Virus record (IMG/VR): IMGVR_UViG_3300016457_000282
Coordinates: 64,001 to 128,000 of that record
DNA: 64,000 nt
Source: a virus
Strand: one strand, 5' to 3'
The position numbers were made by a program, and so were the translations under genes. Every line of letters starts with the position of its first letter. Position 1 is the stretch's first letter. This document shows positions 9,589 to 19,488 of this stretch, piece after piece. The notes under the pieces are model-generated. The model saw nothing but the letters and a program-made list of their open reading frames with translations. It did no database searches and was not told where the DNA came from.

Positions 9589-10067
9589 GATTCGATCAGA
9601 TTTTAAGTGCGGATCTGAGTTTGTACCGAGATATTATTCAATGGTCTGCTGTTTTGTTTAGCTACAATTTACCCGGAGTTCCTGATTCGGTATTGATTGA
9701 ACTGTACTACAAATGGTTAGGTAAACTACCTATCTCTAAACAGGCTCGTGCCGCGAGCGCGTTTTTCTTAGGGTTAAGTCGGGGGCAACAATACTCTTTG
9801 GGCAGCTTTTTCGAGGAACCCGTCTTCATTAAGAAACAAGATGAGCGTAACCTCGAGCTTAATCATAACAGCCCTTTTTTGAGTGAATCAGCGGGCCTTT
9901 CACAACAGGATATTACTGAAGTGTTCGATATCGATGTTAACTCTTTCTGCCTCGTTGACGTTGTTAAGAAGTGGTTTGAAGAGGGAAAGACTTTAGAACA
10001 AATTTGTGTCTTGTCTTTTCTTTGTGGTGAGAGCTACTTCAAAGCCCGGATAAAGGAGATTCAGTAA
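9513..10067 (+). CDS. Hypothetical protein (start probably 9558)
   Basis: ORF within a co-oriented gene run. Confidence 0.6.
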   Translation: MYIIYDLRKGRVDRKMAGENELAKMRFDQILSADLSLYRDIIQWSAVLFSYNLPGVPDSVLIELYYKWLGKLPISKQARAASAFFLGLSRGQQYSLGSFFEEPVFIKKQDERNLELNHNSPFLSESAGLSQQDITEVFDIDVNSFCLVDVVKKWFEEGKTLEQICVLSFLCGESYFKARIKEIQ

Positions 10068-10087
10068 AAGTTGAGGGGGTACCTATA

Positions 10088-10657
10088 GTGGGTAAAGGTG
10101 ATGATTTCGAACGTGATCAGTGCCGGTTCTTATCTCTTTGGTGGACTAAAGGGGCGCGAGATGACATTTTCTGGCGTAATAGAAGGCACCGTACTATTAA
10201 GGATCCGACTGGACGTCATCAACTTGGAGATATAACAGCTCTTCAACCGGAAGGAATCCCTTTTGTTGAGATATTCAATGTAGAACTCAAAACAGGTTAC
10301 TCAAAAACTAAGAAAGGAAAAAGGGTCAAGAACATACCTTGGGATGTACTTGACCTAATAGATCATACAGGATCAGAACCTCAAGATCCAGTGTTACTTC
10401 GTTTTTGGGAGCAGACATACAAAGACGCCTCTTTGAGTAAAAGGTTACCTCTCTTGATTTTTAAGAGAGATTATCACGTTCCTGTCGTTTGTATTGAAGA
10501 AGGTACCCTTCGTTCCTTGATTCCTCGCCTAGAAGAACCCTCCTACCCGTGGGTCCAATTCTCAAAGGATGGTGTCGCTTTGGTAATGTTCCGAGAGGAA
10601 CATTTTTTTAGTTGGTTAACTCCTGAGGTAGTGAAAGAAATTCATCGCGGTTACTGA
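10088..10657 (+). CDS. Hjc-like Holliday junction resolvase, PD-(D/E)XK fold
   Basis: KG..FER helix, GDI, VELK, FW.Q, P.LIFKR. Confidence 0.7.
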   Translation: MGKGDDFERDQCRFLSLWWTKGARDDIFWRNRRHRTIKDPTGRHQLGDITALQPEGIPFVEIFNVELKTGYSKTKKGKRVKNIPWDVLDLIDHTGSEPQDPVLLRFWEQTYKDASLSKRLPLLIFKRDYHVPVVCIEEGTLRSLIPRLEEPSYPWVQFSKDGVALVMFREEHFFSWLTPEVVKEIHRGY

Positions 10658-10899
10658 TACTGAAATACAGTACTAATTAGTCGCGCGTATTTTCGCACAA
10701 AATCATAGGAATTTGCGCAGTTCTTTGTTCAGAGTATGTCTTAGTATTGCTAGTAGGGGAACCATCACAAATTCGCGCATTTTGTGAGTTTTAGTTACTT
10801 TATGGTTCAACAAAGCCCTCAATTAGTTGCCTTAGTACGAATAGGAGAGGTTGTTACGTCCGTTTGAACCTAGGAGGGGTTCCCTTTGAACTCCCCATT

Positions 10900-10941
10900 G
10901 TCACATGATCAGGTGCTAAAGCATCCAGCTTTCTCTGCATG
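10900..10941 (+). mobile_element. Solo IscB-element end hairpin (left-end/right-end hybrid), family A
   Basis: GTCACATGATCAGGTGCTAAAGCATCCAGCTTTCTCTGCATG. Confidence 0.75.
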
Positions 10942-10973
10942 AAGTTTGTAAAGTTATTACAAACCTGCGGTCC

Positions 10974-11033
10974 ATAGGAACTAATAAACTTATATAGGAA
11001 CCAATAAACTTATATAGGAACCAATAAACTTAT
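10974..11033 (+). repeat. 3 x 20 bp tandem repeat ATAGGAACYAATAAACTTAT
   Basis: Read directly; mirror at 11398-11457. Confidence 0.95.
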
Positions 11034-11066
11034 ATAAGATTATACAAATTTATGTTTTCGGAACTG

Positions 11067-11150
11067 AGTTTCGAGGGTTTTTGGAAAAGTTTCGAGGGTT
11101 TTTGGAAAAGTTTCGAGGGTTTTTGGAAAAGTTTCGAGGGTTTTGGGAAA
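11067..11150 (+). repeat. 4 x 21 bp tandem repeat AGTTTCGAGGGTTTTTGGAAA
   Basis: Read directly; mirror at 11281-11364. Confidence 0.95.
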
Positions 11151-11160
11151 TTTTGACGGT

Positions 11161-11270
11161 CTAACTCGGTGAAATCCTTAGCAAATTTTGCTTAATAAGA
11201 TTTAATAAGATCTTATAAGATCTTATTAAATCTTATTAAGCAAAATTTGCTAAGGATTTCACCGAGTTAG
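11161..11270. other. Candidate hairpin telomere or resolution site at the palindrome axis
   Basis: AT-rich core with repeated TAAGAT around the axis, flanked by CTAACTCGGTGAAATCCTTA, a motif also found beside the parS-like sites. Confidence 0.55.
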
Positions 11271-11280
11271 ACCGTCAAAA

Positions 11281-11457
11281 TTTCCCAAAACCCTCGAAAC
11301 TTTTCCAAAAACCCTCGAAACTTTTCCAAAAACCCTCGAAACTTTTCCAAAAACCCTCGAAACTCAGTTCCGAAAACATAAATTTGTATAATCTTATATA
11401 AGTTTATTGGTTCCTATATAAGTTTATTGGTTCCTATATAAGTTTATTAGTTCCTAT
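11281..11457 (-). repeat. Mirror copy of the 21 bp and 20 bp tandem repeats
   Basis: Reverse complement of 10974-11150. Confidence 0.95.
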
Positions 11458-11489
11458 GGACCGCAGGTTTGTAATAACTTTACAAACTT

Positions 11490-11531
11490 CATGCAGAGAA
11501 AGCTGGATGCTTTAGCACCTGATCATGTGAC
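11490..11531 (-). mobile_element. Solo IscB-element end hairpin (mirror)
   Basis: Reverse complement of 10900-10941. Confidence 0.75.
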
Positions 11532-11773
11532 AATGGGGAGTTCAAAGGGAACCCCTCCTAGGTTCAAACGGACGTAACAACCTCTCCTATTCGTACTAAG
11601 GCAACTAATTGAGGGCTTTGTTGAACCATAAAGTAACTAAAACTCACAAAATGCGCGAATTTGTGATGGTTCCCCTACTAGCAATACTAAGACATACTCT
11701 GAACAAAGAACTGCGCAAATTCCTATGATTTTGTGCGAAAATACGCGCGACTAATTAGTACTGTATTTCAGTA

Positions 11774-12343
11774 TCAGTAACCGCGATGAATTTCTTTCAC
11801 TACCTCAGGAGTTAACCAACTAAAAAAATGTTCCTCTCGGAACATTACCAAAGCGACACCATCCTTTGAGAATTGGACCCACGGGTAGGAGGGTTCTTCT
11901 AGGCGAGGAATCAAGGAACGAAGGGTACCTTCTTCAATACAAACGACAGGAACGTGATAATCTCTCTTAAAAATCAAGAGAGGTAACCTTTTACTCAAAG
12001 AGGCGTCTTTGTATGTCTGCTCCCAAAAACGAAGTAACACTGGATCTTGAGGTTCTGATCCTGTATGATCTATTAGGTCAAGTACATCCCAAGGTATGTT
12101 CTTGACCCTTTTTCCTTTCTTAGTTTTTGAGTAACCTGTTTTGAGTTCTACATTGAATATCTCAACAAAAGGGATTCCTTCCGGTTGAAGAGCTGTTATA
12201 TCTCCAAGTTGATGACGTCCAGTCGGATCCTTAATAGTACGGTGCCTTCTATTACGCCAGAAAATGTCATCTCGCGCCCCTTTAGTCCACCAAAGAGATA
12301 AGAACCGGCACTGATCACGTTCGAAATCATCACCTTTACCCAC
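11774..12343 (-). CDS. Hjc-like Holliday junction resolvase
   Basis: Mirror of 10088-10657. Confidence 0.7.
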   Translation of the reverse strand: MGKGDDFERDQCRFLSLWWTKGARDDIFWRNRRHRTIKDPTGRHQLGDITALQPEGIPFVEIFNVELKTGYSKTKKGKRVKNIPWDVLDLIDHTGSEPQDPVLLRFWEQTYKDASLSKRLPLLIFKRDYHVPVVCIEEGTLRSLIPRLEEPSYPWVQFSKDGVALVMFREEHFFSWLTPEVVKEIHRGY

Positions 12344-12363
12344 TATAGGTACCCCCTCAACTT

Positions 12364-12918
12364 TTACTGAATCTCCTTTATCCGGGCTTTGAAGTAGCTC
12401 TCACCACAAAGAAAAGACAAGACACAAATTTGTTCTAAAGTCTTTCCCTCTTCAAACCACTTCTTAACAACGTCAACGAGGCAGAAAGAGTTAACATCGA
12501 TATCGAACACTTCAGTAATATCCTGTTGTGAAAGGCCCGCTGATTCACTCAAAAAAGGGCTGTTATGATTAAGCTCGAGGTTACGCTCATCTTGTTTCTT
12601 AATGAAGACGGGTTCCTCGAAAAAGCTGCCCAAAGAGTATTGTTGCCCCCGACTTAACCCTAAGAAAAACGCGCTCGCGGCACGAGCCTGTTTAGAGATA
12701 GGTAGTTTACCTAACCATTTGTAGTACAGTTCAATCAATACCGAATCAGGAACTCCGGGTAAATTGTAGCTAAACAAAACAGCAGACCATTGAATAATAT
12801 CTCGGTACAAACTCAGATCCGCACTTAAAATCTGATCGAATCTCATTTTAGCCAATTCGTTCTCACCGGCCATCTTACGATCCACCCTTCCTTTACGTAA
12901 GTCGTAAATGATGTACAA
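12364..12918 (-). CDS. Hypothetical protein
   Basis: Mirror of 9513-10067. Confidence 0.6.
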   Translation of the reverse strand: MYIIYDLRKGRVDRKMAGENELAKMRFDQILSADLSLYRDIIQWSAVLFSYNLPGVPDSVLIELYYKWLGKLPISKQARAASAFFLGLSRGQQYSLGSFFEEPVFIKKQDERNLELNHNSPFLSESAGLSQQDITEVFDIDVNSFCLVDVVKKWFEEGKTLEQICVLSFLCGESYFKARIKEIQ

Positions 12919-13757
12919 ACATTATACAGATCACAACTCAAGATCAAGCTCCACCTAAAGTCTTCTATCTCCTTCGCTCTTTCAAGTAACTGCGAGAGGG
13001 TAATTTCGGTCACGTCATCTACTTTAAGTCGAGGTAAATCAAAGAGAACAGATTTTACTTCTCGAGGGTAAGAAAACAGTCTCAGATCAACTTTCCTTAC
13101 TTTGAATTTTCTCTCCAACACATCTGCAGTTAGAGAGTTTACCTTAGTAACTACTGTTGTCACACTTTCCAGTAATATGTCCTCAGTAACAGTTGGGTCT
13201 AAATTAGTGTGAATTTTTCTGTGAATTACGGTAGTTAGAGGAAATCCGTTAAGTACTACTTTAACTAAGAAAGACAAAGCAACACGTCCTGTTTCTCCAT
13301 TGAGGACTAAAAGTCCAATATCACCAGCACTAACTCCAACACCTAAGAAGTCTTCATCAAATTTCTCGAGGCTAATTTGGACGTCCTTACTAGCTAGTAC
13401 CTTTACGAAGTTGACCTTTTTGATTATCTCGTCTATCACCCAAACGTTACTTATGCTAGTGTTGTACTGTGTACTTAGTACAGCGCGAATATAATCCTCT
13501 GAAGAATCGCGGACACCTCTGAATAAGAGGATCTTGTCCCCAACTACTTTGTTGAAAACCTCACATTCTTCATGTTCAACCAATGCCTCAAAGAACTTAG
13601 GTGTACATCCAGCTAACTTACAAACTTGCTGCCTAGCCCAGTCTGTTAAGGGATAAAATTGTCCTTCTAAAACCACCTGTCCTTGCGGTGTCATGCGGAA
13701 AGGGCTCACTACATCAAAACATCTTTCACTAAACTCTCTAACTACATCAAACTCCAT
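12843..13757 (-). CDS. DUF932-like protein
   Basis: Mirror of 8674-9588. Confidence 0.55.
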   Translation of the reverse strand: MEFDVVREFSERCFDVVSPFRMTPQGQVVLEGQFYPLTDWARQQVCKLAGCTPKFFEALVEHEECEVFNKVVGDKILLFRGVRDSSEDYIRAVLSTQYNTSISNVWVIDEIIKKVNFVKVLASKDVQISLEKFDEDFLGVGVSAGDIGLLVLNGETGRVALSFLVKVVLNGFPLTTVIHRKIHTNLDPTVTEDILLESVTTVVTKVNSLTADVLERKFKVRKVDLRLFSYPREVKSVLFDLPRLKVDDVTEITLSQLLERAKEIEDFRWSLILSCDLYNVCTSFTTYVKEGWIVRWPVRTNWLK

Positions 13758-13758
13758 C

Positions 13759-14049
13759 CTACACCTCCTCTTCAACGGGTGTAATACCCTTCAAAGCCTT
13801 AGTAAGATACGCCATCATATCTTCTTCGGTAATCTCTCCATCTAAACCACAACCTAGTTGTACTCCTAGAATTTCCTTACCTCTCACCGCGTCAAATATG
13901 TCATCTGTAACACTAGGAGAAATCTTTATACTTAAATAGCCCCATCGATATCTAACATAAACCATCCTTCCGTCAACGAGTTTAATCTCCCATTGAGAAG
14001 GACAAGCAAAGCATGTTTGTTTCAACTCTTTGATTTGAGCAGCGCTCAT
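13759..14049 (-). CDS. Hypothetical phage protein
   Basis: Mirror of 8382-8672. Confidence 0.75.
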   Translation of the reverse strand: MSAAQIKELKQTCFACPSQWEIKLVDGRMVYVRYRWGYLSIKISPSVTDDIFDAVRGKEILGVQLGCGLDGEITEEDMMAYLTKALKGITPVEEEV

Positions 14050-14059
14050 GAAAACCCTC

Positions 14060-14386
14060 CTATTTGCTCAATTCTAGCAACCTCTCTTTAGGCAAAACCT
14101 CCTTGACCAAAAATTCTGCACCCTCAAGTGTCAGTTCCAGATCCTTCAAATTCAACAAACGTAATTCACTATGATGACGTCGTCGCAGGAAAAAGGCCCG
14201 AATAGCACTAGCCTCAGCTTCTAGTTCCTTCTGCACTTCAGGAGGTGCTAGTTGAGCTGCTACTTCCAAGAAGCTCTTCGGGTAAGTTCTCACAACTAAG
14301 CAAGAATCAACTTCAGGTTCGCCCGTATATGGCGAAAAGCGCCAATTAATCAGTGTGTTCTTCCCTTGCACAACTTTCATTTTCAC
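14060..14386 (-). CDS. Hypothetical protein
   Basis: Mirror of 8045-8371. Confidence 0.6.
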   Translation of the reverse strand: MKMKVVQGKNTLINWRFSPYTGEPEVDSCLVVRTYPKSFLEVAAQLAPPEVQKELEAEASAIRAFFLRRRHHSELRLLNLKDLELTLEGAEFLVKEVLPKERLLELSK

Positions 14387-14840
14387 TCTCCTCTAACACT
14401 TTCTTCAACTTCATAAGAGAATTATCCCAAGCGCCATAAATACGAACTACATCAAAGAACTCTTCCACATCATGTTGACGCAGCCCCCACTTGACCTTTC
14501 CTTGACTAGTTATACTTTTCACGATATGACGAAGCTCGTGGAGTAACAAAGCTTCCTTTTCTTGCAGCTCCGCACCTGCCCACCAATCAGCCCATACTTC
14601 AATTACGTAATCGTAGCCGGTTAAATAAGCCCATTTTCCAGTCGCTCTTGAACATTTGCCTAAGTAACGAGACTTCTCACTCCACTTCTTCAAATACCTA
14701 ATGTTAGCCTCCTTAGCATGTTCTAAGAGGTTAGGAAACCTGCGCATAAGATCCTTTGCAATCTCCTCACATTCTGGGCATTCTTCATACTTTGAATCTG
14801 CTTTCTTCTTCGCTACCGAGAGCATTTCTTTTAAATCCAT
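14346..14840 (-). CDS. Putative phage metallopeptidase
   Basis: Mirror of 7591-8085. Confidence 0.8.
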   Translation of the reverse strand: MDLKEMLSVAKKKADSKYEECPECEEIAKDLMRRFPNLLEHAKEANIRYLKKWSEKSRYLGKCSRATGKWAYLTGYDYVIEVWADWWAGAELQEKEALLLHELRHIVKSITSQGKVKWGLRQHDVEEFFDVVRIYGAWDNSLMKLKKVLEESENESCAREEHTD

Positions 14841-14873
14841 AAATAAACACCTCCCACTAAACAGAGTATGTTT

Positions 14874-15263
14874 TCAATCTTCTTTCTGCTCACTTAGGTT
14901 CATACCGCTTTCATTCTCCTGTCTCTTAGTTAGAAACGAATCACAGGTCTGTATAATTCCACTACTTTTCAACAACTCTTCTACGAGCTGCTTTCGTTTT
15001 TCCGAAGGCAAACTACGGTCTCCGTTAGTTCTATTAGATAATAGTAACCAACCTAAGAAACACTTTAACGAACAGAAATCAAGAGAGCCACTGCCCGTAT
15101 ACCTAAGAGATTCGAAAGACGTAATGAAACTGGAACAACCTTCTCCAGTTTCTCCTTTAACAATATGCGTTCCAAGGTCGTCAAAAAAGACCCATCCTTT
15201 TTCCGCATGAACATCGAGAGTGATCTTTCCACACCACTCACACTTATGTGTTTCAACTATCAT
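14874..15263 (-). CDS. Hypothetical Zn-binding protein
   Basis: Mirror of 7168-7557. Confidence 0.7.
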   Translation of the reverse strand: MIVETHKCEWCGKITLDVHAEKGWVFFDDLGTHIVKGETGEGCSSFITSFESLRYTGSGSLDFCSLKCFLGWLLLSNRTNGDRSLPSEKRKQLVEELLKSSGIIQTCDSFLTKRQENESGMNLSEQKED

Positions 15264-15280
15264 TTTTCATTACCTCCTTT

Positions 15281-15512
15281 AGAAATTAACTGACTTACCT
15301 TGAAAATACTAACCAACTGAAAAACCGTGTTTGGTCAAAACTTGTTCCACACCTTCTTCACGATCAACTAATACTACTATCTTAACCACTTAAATGTGGG
15401 GAAAGTGATCCTTGACGGTTTGGATTGCTTTCACCAAAGAACGCCCAGTCGTTGCTACATCATCTATGATAGCTACTCTTTCATCTTTCTCTGTAAGCTG
15501 ACCTTCAATCCA
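15281..15512 (-). pseudogene. pyrE: pyrE 3' fragment
   Basis: Mirror of 6919-7150. Confidence 0.85.
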
Positions 15513-15632
15513 TACTCCGTGGATAGCAGCAACCTCGCCACTTACGGGTCAGTTTTTGGCTAGGCTTAGGATGTCATTTGCTATTAGGTCAATGAAGTCA
15601 ATTTTCCTCTCTGTCATCGTTGGTGTCCTTAT

Positions 15633-16017
15633 TTACCAAATACAGTCCCGTGCGATTTCAACTAGCCGGACAAATACCTCATCTTTGACTTGTTCTTCTA
15701 AGGGAAGTTTATTGTAAGGCACTAAGTCTGGATGAATTTTGTTTTCTGGATCATATTTTTCGCCATACTTCCATCCCATTTTCAAGGTATTTCTTCATCC
15801 ATGAGTTATGAGCCTCTTCGGAGTTTTGAAATTTCTTTTTACCAGAACACAAGTCCGCAGTTAAATCCCTGAATTGCTCTTTAAATTCCTTTTCCCGCTC
15901 ATCCCATGGTTTTGGAATGACAGGACACCGTAATTGAACAGCGTGTAACCTAGCCCCTTCATAAACAAACTTTGCTCTACGTTCATTTAGGTCTATTATA
16001 TACCTCTCTTTCATCAA
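15633..16017 (-). pseudogene. Frameshifted RyR-domain protein
   Basis: Mirror of 6414-6798. Confidence 0.75.
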
Positions 16018-16029
16018 TAAAAATCTTTC

Positions 16030-16254
16030 TCAATAATCCCTCCTCTTTACCTGTCTTCCTTCTTGTGGCACAAAAATCATGGCCTGATCTTCCTCTGTTG
16101 GCTTTTTATCTACCATAGGACAATCCACAATCAAAAACTCAGAAAACGGGCAACCTTCCTTGAAAAAACAATTGTCGCAAGGACGCTCTACAATATCAGG
16201 AAGGTCTGAACGCATTACCATAACCATCTGTATGGCAAATACTTGTTCTGACAT
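16030..16254 (-). CDS. Small Cys-rich protein
   Basis: Mirror of 6177-6401. Confidence 0.55.
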   Translation of the reverse strand: MSEQVFAIQMVMVMRSDLPDIVERPCDNCFFKEGCPFSEFLIVDCPMVDKKPTEEDQAMIFVPQEGRQVKRRDY

Positions 16255-16256
16255 AG

Positions 16257-16523
16257 TTACACCGCCTTTATCACTTTCTTTTTCATAAGTTCTTTCAAAA
16301 ATATCGGGCTTGCGGGGGTATGGCTCGCCATTAACACCAAAATGATATAATCCTCTTTAGTTGCTCGCATGATACCCTTCAGTGTTGAAATTAGCAAATC
16401 TCCATCGCTGGCTTTAGCAAAACGACGCCCGCTCAATTGTAAGGCCTCTAATAGCTCAGGTGTAAATTCCCCATCCATTGCTCTGCTTTTTACTATAACC
16501 GGCTTTTTTCTATATGTATCCAT
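16257..16523 (-). pseudogene. Frameshifted phage hypothetical protein
   Basis: Mirror of 5908-6174. Confidence 0.6.
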
Positions 16524-16527
16524 CTGC

Positions 16528-17346
16528 CTATTCCTCTTTTTGTTTTTCCTTCAACTTTTTAATCAATTCACTTGCTTTAAAAATACTAACTAATTGATAA
16601 TTGTGCTCGCTTAAGGCTTCTTTCGCCCCTTCCTCACGATCAACCAGGACCACGACCTTAGCTATGTTGATATGAGGAAAGTGGCCCTTGACAGTTTGGA
16701 TTGCTTTCACCAGAGAACGCCCTGTTGTTGCCACATCATCTACAATAGCCACTCTCTTGTCTTTCTCTGTAAGCTGACCTTCAATCCATTTACACAAGCC
16801 GTATTCTTTAGGCTCTTTTCTGATGATAAAAGTACGATAGTAACCTTTGCCCGCAAGTGCTCCAAGTATTGGATCAGCACCAATTGTAGGGCCACCAACT
16901 GCATCAACCTCTTCAATTACATCTCTCATTATCTCAGCTATAATTGACGCTCCTTCTGACGAAGTTGTAACCATTCTAGCATCAATATAGTAGGTACTTT
17001 GACTACCGGACGAAAGTTTAACATCATCGAAAATTAGAGCATAATCAATCAATAATTGTTTTAATCGGCGCTTATGCGCGGCGTCAGTACTTTTGACTTG
17101 TGCACGTGGCCGAAGATAATAGTGGTCTCCTTTATCAACAAGTCTCCGCATTAAGATTCTTTTCTTGACTCCGTGTAAGTTATACCAAGACACGCCACCA
17201 TCAAAGTGCGTAAAACGTTCTTGCACTTTGCCGCACTGCGTACAAATTCTATAAGCGCGTCTAAATTGAGGAAGTTCTACTTCTTCGAAACATTCAGTAC
17301 CTGAATATTTGTACACATATTTCCAGCGGTGCCATAAATGTAACAT
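16528..17346 (-). CDS. pyrE: Orotate phosphoribosyltransferase with N-terminal extension
   Basis: Mirror of 5085-5903. Confidence 0.9.
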   Translation of the reverse strand: MLHLWHRWKYVYKYSGTECFEEVELPQFRRAYRICTQCGKVQERFTHFDGGVSWYNLHGVKKRILMRRLVDKGDHYYLRPRAQVKSTDAAHKRRLKQLLIDYALIFDDVKLSSGSQSTYYIDARMVTTSSEGASIIAEIMRDVIEEVDAVGGPTIGADPILGALAGKGYYRTFIIRKEPKEYGLCKWIEGQLTEKDKRVAIVDDVATTGRSLVKAIQTVKGHFPHINIAKVVVLVDREEGAKEALSEHNYQLVSIFKASELIKKLKEKQKEE

Positions 17347-17421
17347 TTCAACCCCCTGAGCACTTTCTTCTTTTTCTAATTTGAGCCTGCAAGGCCCCTT
17401 CCCTCTGGGTAAGAGAGGATG

Positions 17422-17721
17422 TCAATACTCTTCCTCTTTATTAGCCTTACTTTTCTTATACTTTTCCCAATACCAAGGCCCGTGACCCAGCAGTGAACAA
17501 AATTCATCAACAGTAATTTCATGCTTCCATCCTTTAACATAATTCGCTAAGTAAATTTTAGGTCTATCTTGAATAATCCTTTCTAAAGCCTCTTCTTCGC
17601 GTTCATGCTCAAACCATTCAGTTCCCCATCCTATCACTCTTTGTATATCAGCTATTTGCTCACCTTTTTCATCAAGGACGAGTAAATTCCGGTTTGTGAA
17701 AAGGAACACTTCTTTAATCAT
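17422..17721 (-). CDS. Hypothetical protein
   Basis: Mirror of 4710-5009. Confidence 0.7.
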   Translation of the reverse strand: MIKEVFLFTNRNLLVLDEKGEQIADIQRVIGWGTEWFEHEREEEALERIIQDRPKIYLANYVKGWKHEITVDEFCSLLGHGPWYWEKYKKSKANKEEEY

Positions 17722-18457
17722 GGTTTACCTCCTTTGAGTCAACCCAATTTTCTGCTTCCTCTCTAGTCAGGAAGAAATGAATTCCTCCTGCACATTCTTG
17801 CCATCTATCCTCACACCACTCATGTGCTACCACTTTTTCTCCGGACCGGTAAATCGCAGTAGCATAGTAATTTTCTACTTTTACCTCATCTGCTCCTTCG
17901 ATTTCCAAACAAATAGCATATTCTGCTCTATACTTTCTTGTTGTAGCACATGACCGGCGAGCTTCTTTAGGGATAAGGAGTTTGACGATGTGGCCGTTTT
18001 TCTTTCCCCAACCAATTAGATCCCCTTCTGGTGCTGGGTGGATACCCACGGTTAAATAATTTATTCTGATATCCCTGAGATTAGCTCCCGTGAGATCAGC
18101 GCCTGTGAGATCAGCTCCTCTGAGATCAGCGCCTGTGAGATCAGCTTCCTTAAGATTAGCTCTCCAGAGGTTAGCTTCCCAGAGATTAGCTCCTCTGAGA
18201 TTAGCTTCCCAAAGGTTAGCTTCCCAGAGATCAGCTCCTCTGAGGTTAGCTTCTCTGAGGTTAGCTCCCCAGAGATCAGCTCTCCAGAGATTAGCTCTCC
18301 AGAGGTCGGCTCCTCTGAGATTAGCTTCCCTAAGATCAGCTCTTGTGAGATCAACTCCTCTCAAATCAACCTCTTCCAGATTAGCTTTTGTTCCCTTTTT
18401 TCCTGTCAGCCACTTTTCGTGGTTCTTTAATATTTGCGCTAATTCCTCCTTATTCAT
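17714..18457 (-). CDS. Pentapeptide-repeat/DUF5758-like protein
   Basis: Mirror of 3974-4717. Confidence 0.9.
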   Translation of the reverse strand: MNKEELAQILKNHEKWLTGKKGTKANLEEVDLRGVDLTRADLREANLRGADLWRANLWRADLWGANLREANLRGADLWEANLWEANLRGANLWEANLWRANLKEADLTGADLRGADLTGADLTGANLRDIRINYLTVGIHPAPEGDLIGWGKKNGHIVKLLIPKEARRSCATTRKYRAEYAICLEIEGADEVKVENYYATAIYRSGEKVVAHEWCEDRWQECAGGIHFFLTREEAENWVDSKEVNHD

Positions 18458-18480
18458 GTTTTCCTCCTTCTACTATTTAT

Positions 18481-19488
18481 CTAACCCCATGCTTCTGCTT
18501 CTTCTCTAGTCAGAAAGAAATGAATTCCTCCCGCACATTCTTGCCATCTATCCTCACACCATTCATGTGCTACCACCTTTTCTCCAGGTCGATAAACGGC
18601 GGTAGCATGACTATTCTTTACTATTACCTCATCTGTTCCCTCTACCTCTAAACAAATAGCATATTCTGCTCTATACTTTCTTGTTGTAGCACATGACCGG
18701 CGAGCTTCTTTAGGGATGAGGAGTTTGACGATGTACCCGTCTTTCTTTCCCCAACCAATTAGATCTCCTTCCGGTGCTGGGTGGATGCCCGTGGTCAAAT
18801 AATTTATTCTGGCATCCTTGAGATTAACTCCTCTAAGATCAGCTTCCGTGAGAATAGCTTCCTTAAGATTAGCTTCCCTAAAGTCAGCCTCTGTGAGATT
18901 AGCTTCCCTAAGATCAGCTCCTGTGAGATCAACTCCTCTGAGATCAGCCCTCGCGAGATCAGCTTCCTTAAGATTAGCTCTCCAAAGGTCAGCTCCTGTG
19001 AGATTAGCTTCCTCAAGATCACCTTCCGTGAGAATAGCTTTCCTGAGATTAGCTCCTGTAAGATTAGCTCTCGAGAGATCAACTTCCCTGAGATCAACTC
19101 CTCTGAGATCAGCCCTCGCGAGATCAGCTTCCTTAAGATTAGCTCTCCAGAGGTTAGCTCCCGTGAGATCAACTTCCGTGAGATCGGCTCCTTGGAGATC
19201 AACTTCCGCGAGAATAGCTTTCTTAAGATTAGCTCCTATGAGATTAGCTTCTCTAAGATCGGCTCTTTGAAGATTAGCCCAGCTAAGATTAGCTTCTCTA
19301 AAGTTAGCTCCTGTAAGATTAGCGTCTTTAAAGTTAGCTTTTCTCAAGTTAGCCTTTGAAAAATCAACTCCTTTTAAATCAACTCCTCTTAAATCAGCTT
19401 TAGTTCCTCCTCCCTTCCCTGTCAACCACTTTTTGTGTTCCTTTAATATCTGCGCTAATTCCTCTTTATCCATGTTTCTCTCCTTCAT
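18481..19488 (-). CDS. Pentapeptide-repeat/DUF5758-like protein
   Basis: Mirror of 2943-3950. Confidence 0.9.
   Translation of the reverse strand: MKERNMDKEELAQILKEHKKWLTGKGGGTKADLRGVDLKGVDFSKANLRKANFKDANLTGANFREANLSWANLQRADLREANLIGANLKKAILAEVDLQGADLTEVDLTGANLWRANLKEADLARADLRGVDLREVDLSRANLTGANLRKAILTEGDLEEANLTGADLWRANLKEADLARADLRGVDLTGADLREANLTEADFREANLKEAILTEADLRGVNLKDARINYLTTGIHPAPEGDLIGWGKKDGYIVKLLIPKEARRSCATTRKYRAEYAICLEVEGTDEVIVKNSHATAVYRPGEKVVAHEWCEDRWQECAGGIHFFLTREEAEAWG

Noticed and set aside
1-11215. Treating left-arm genes as true duplicates
   Set aside because: Apparent base-for-base identity indicates one arm read twice
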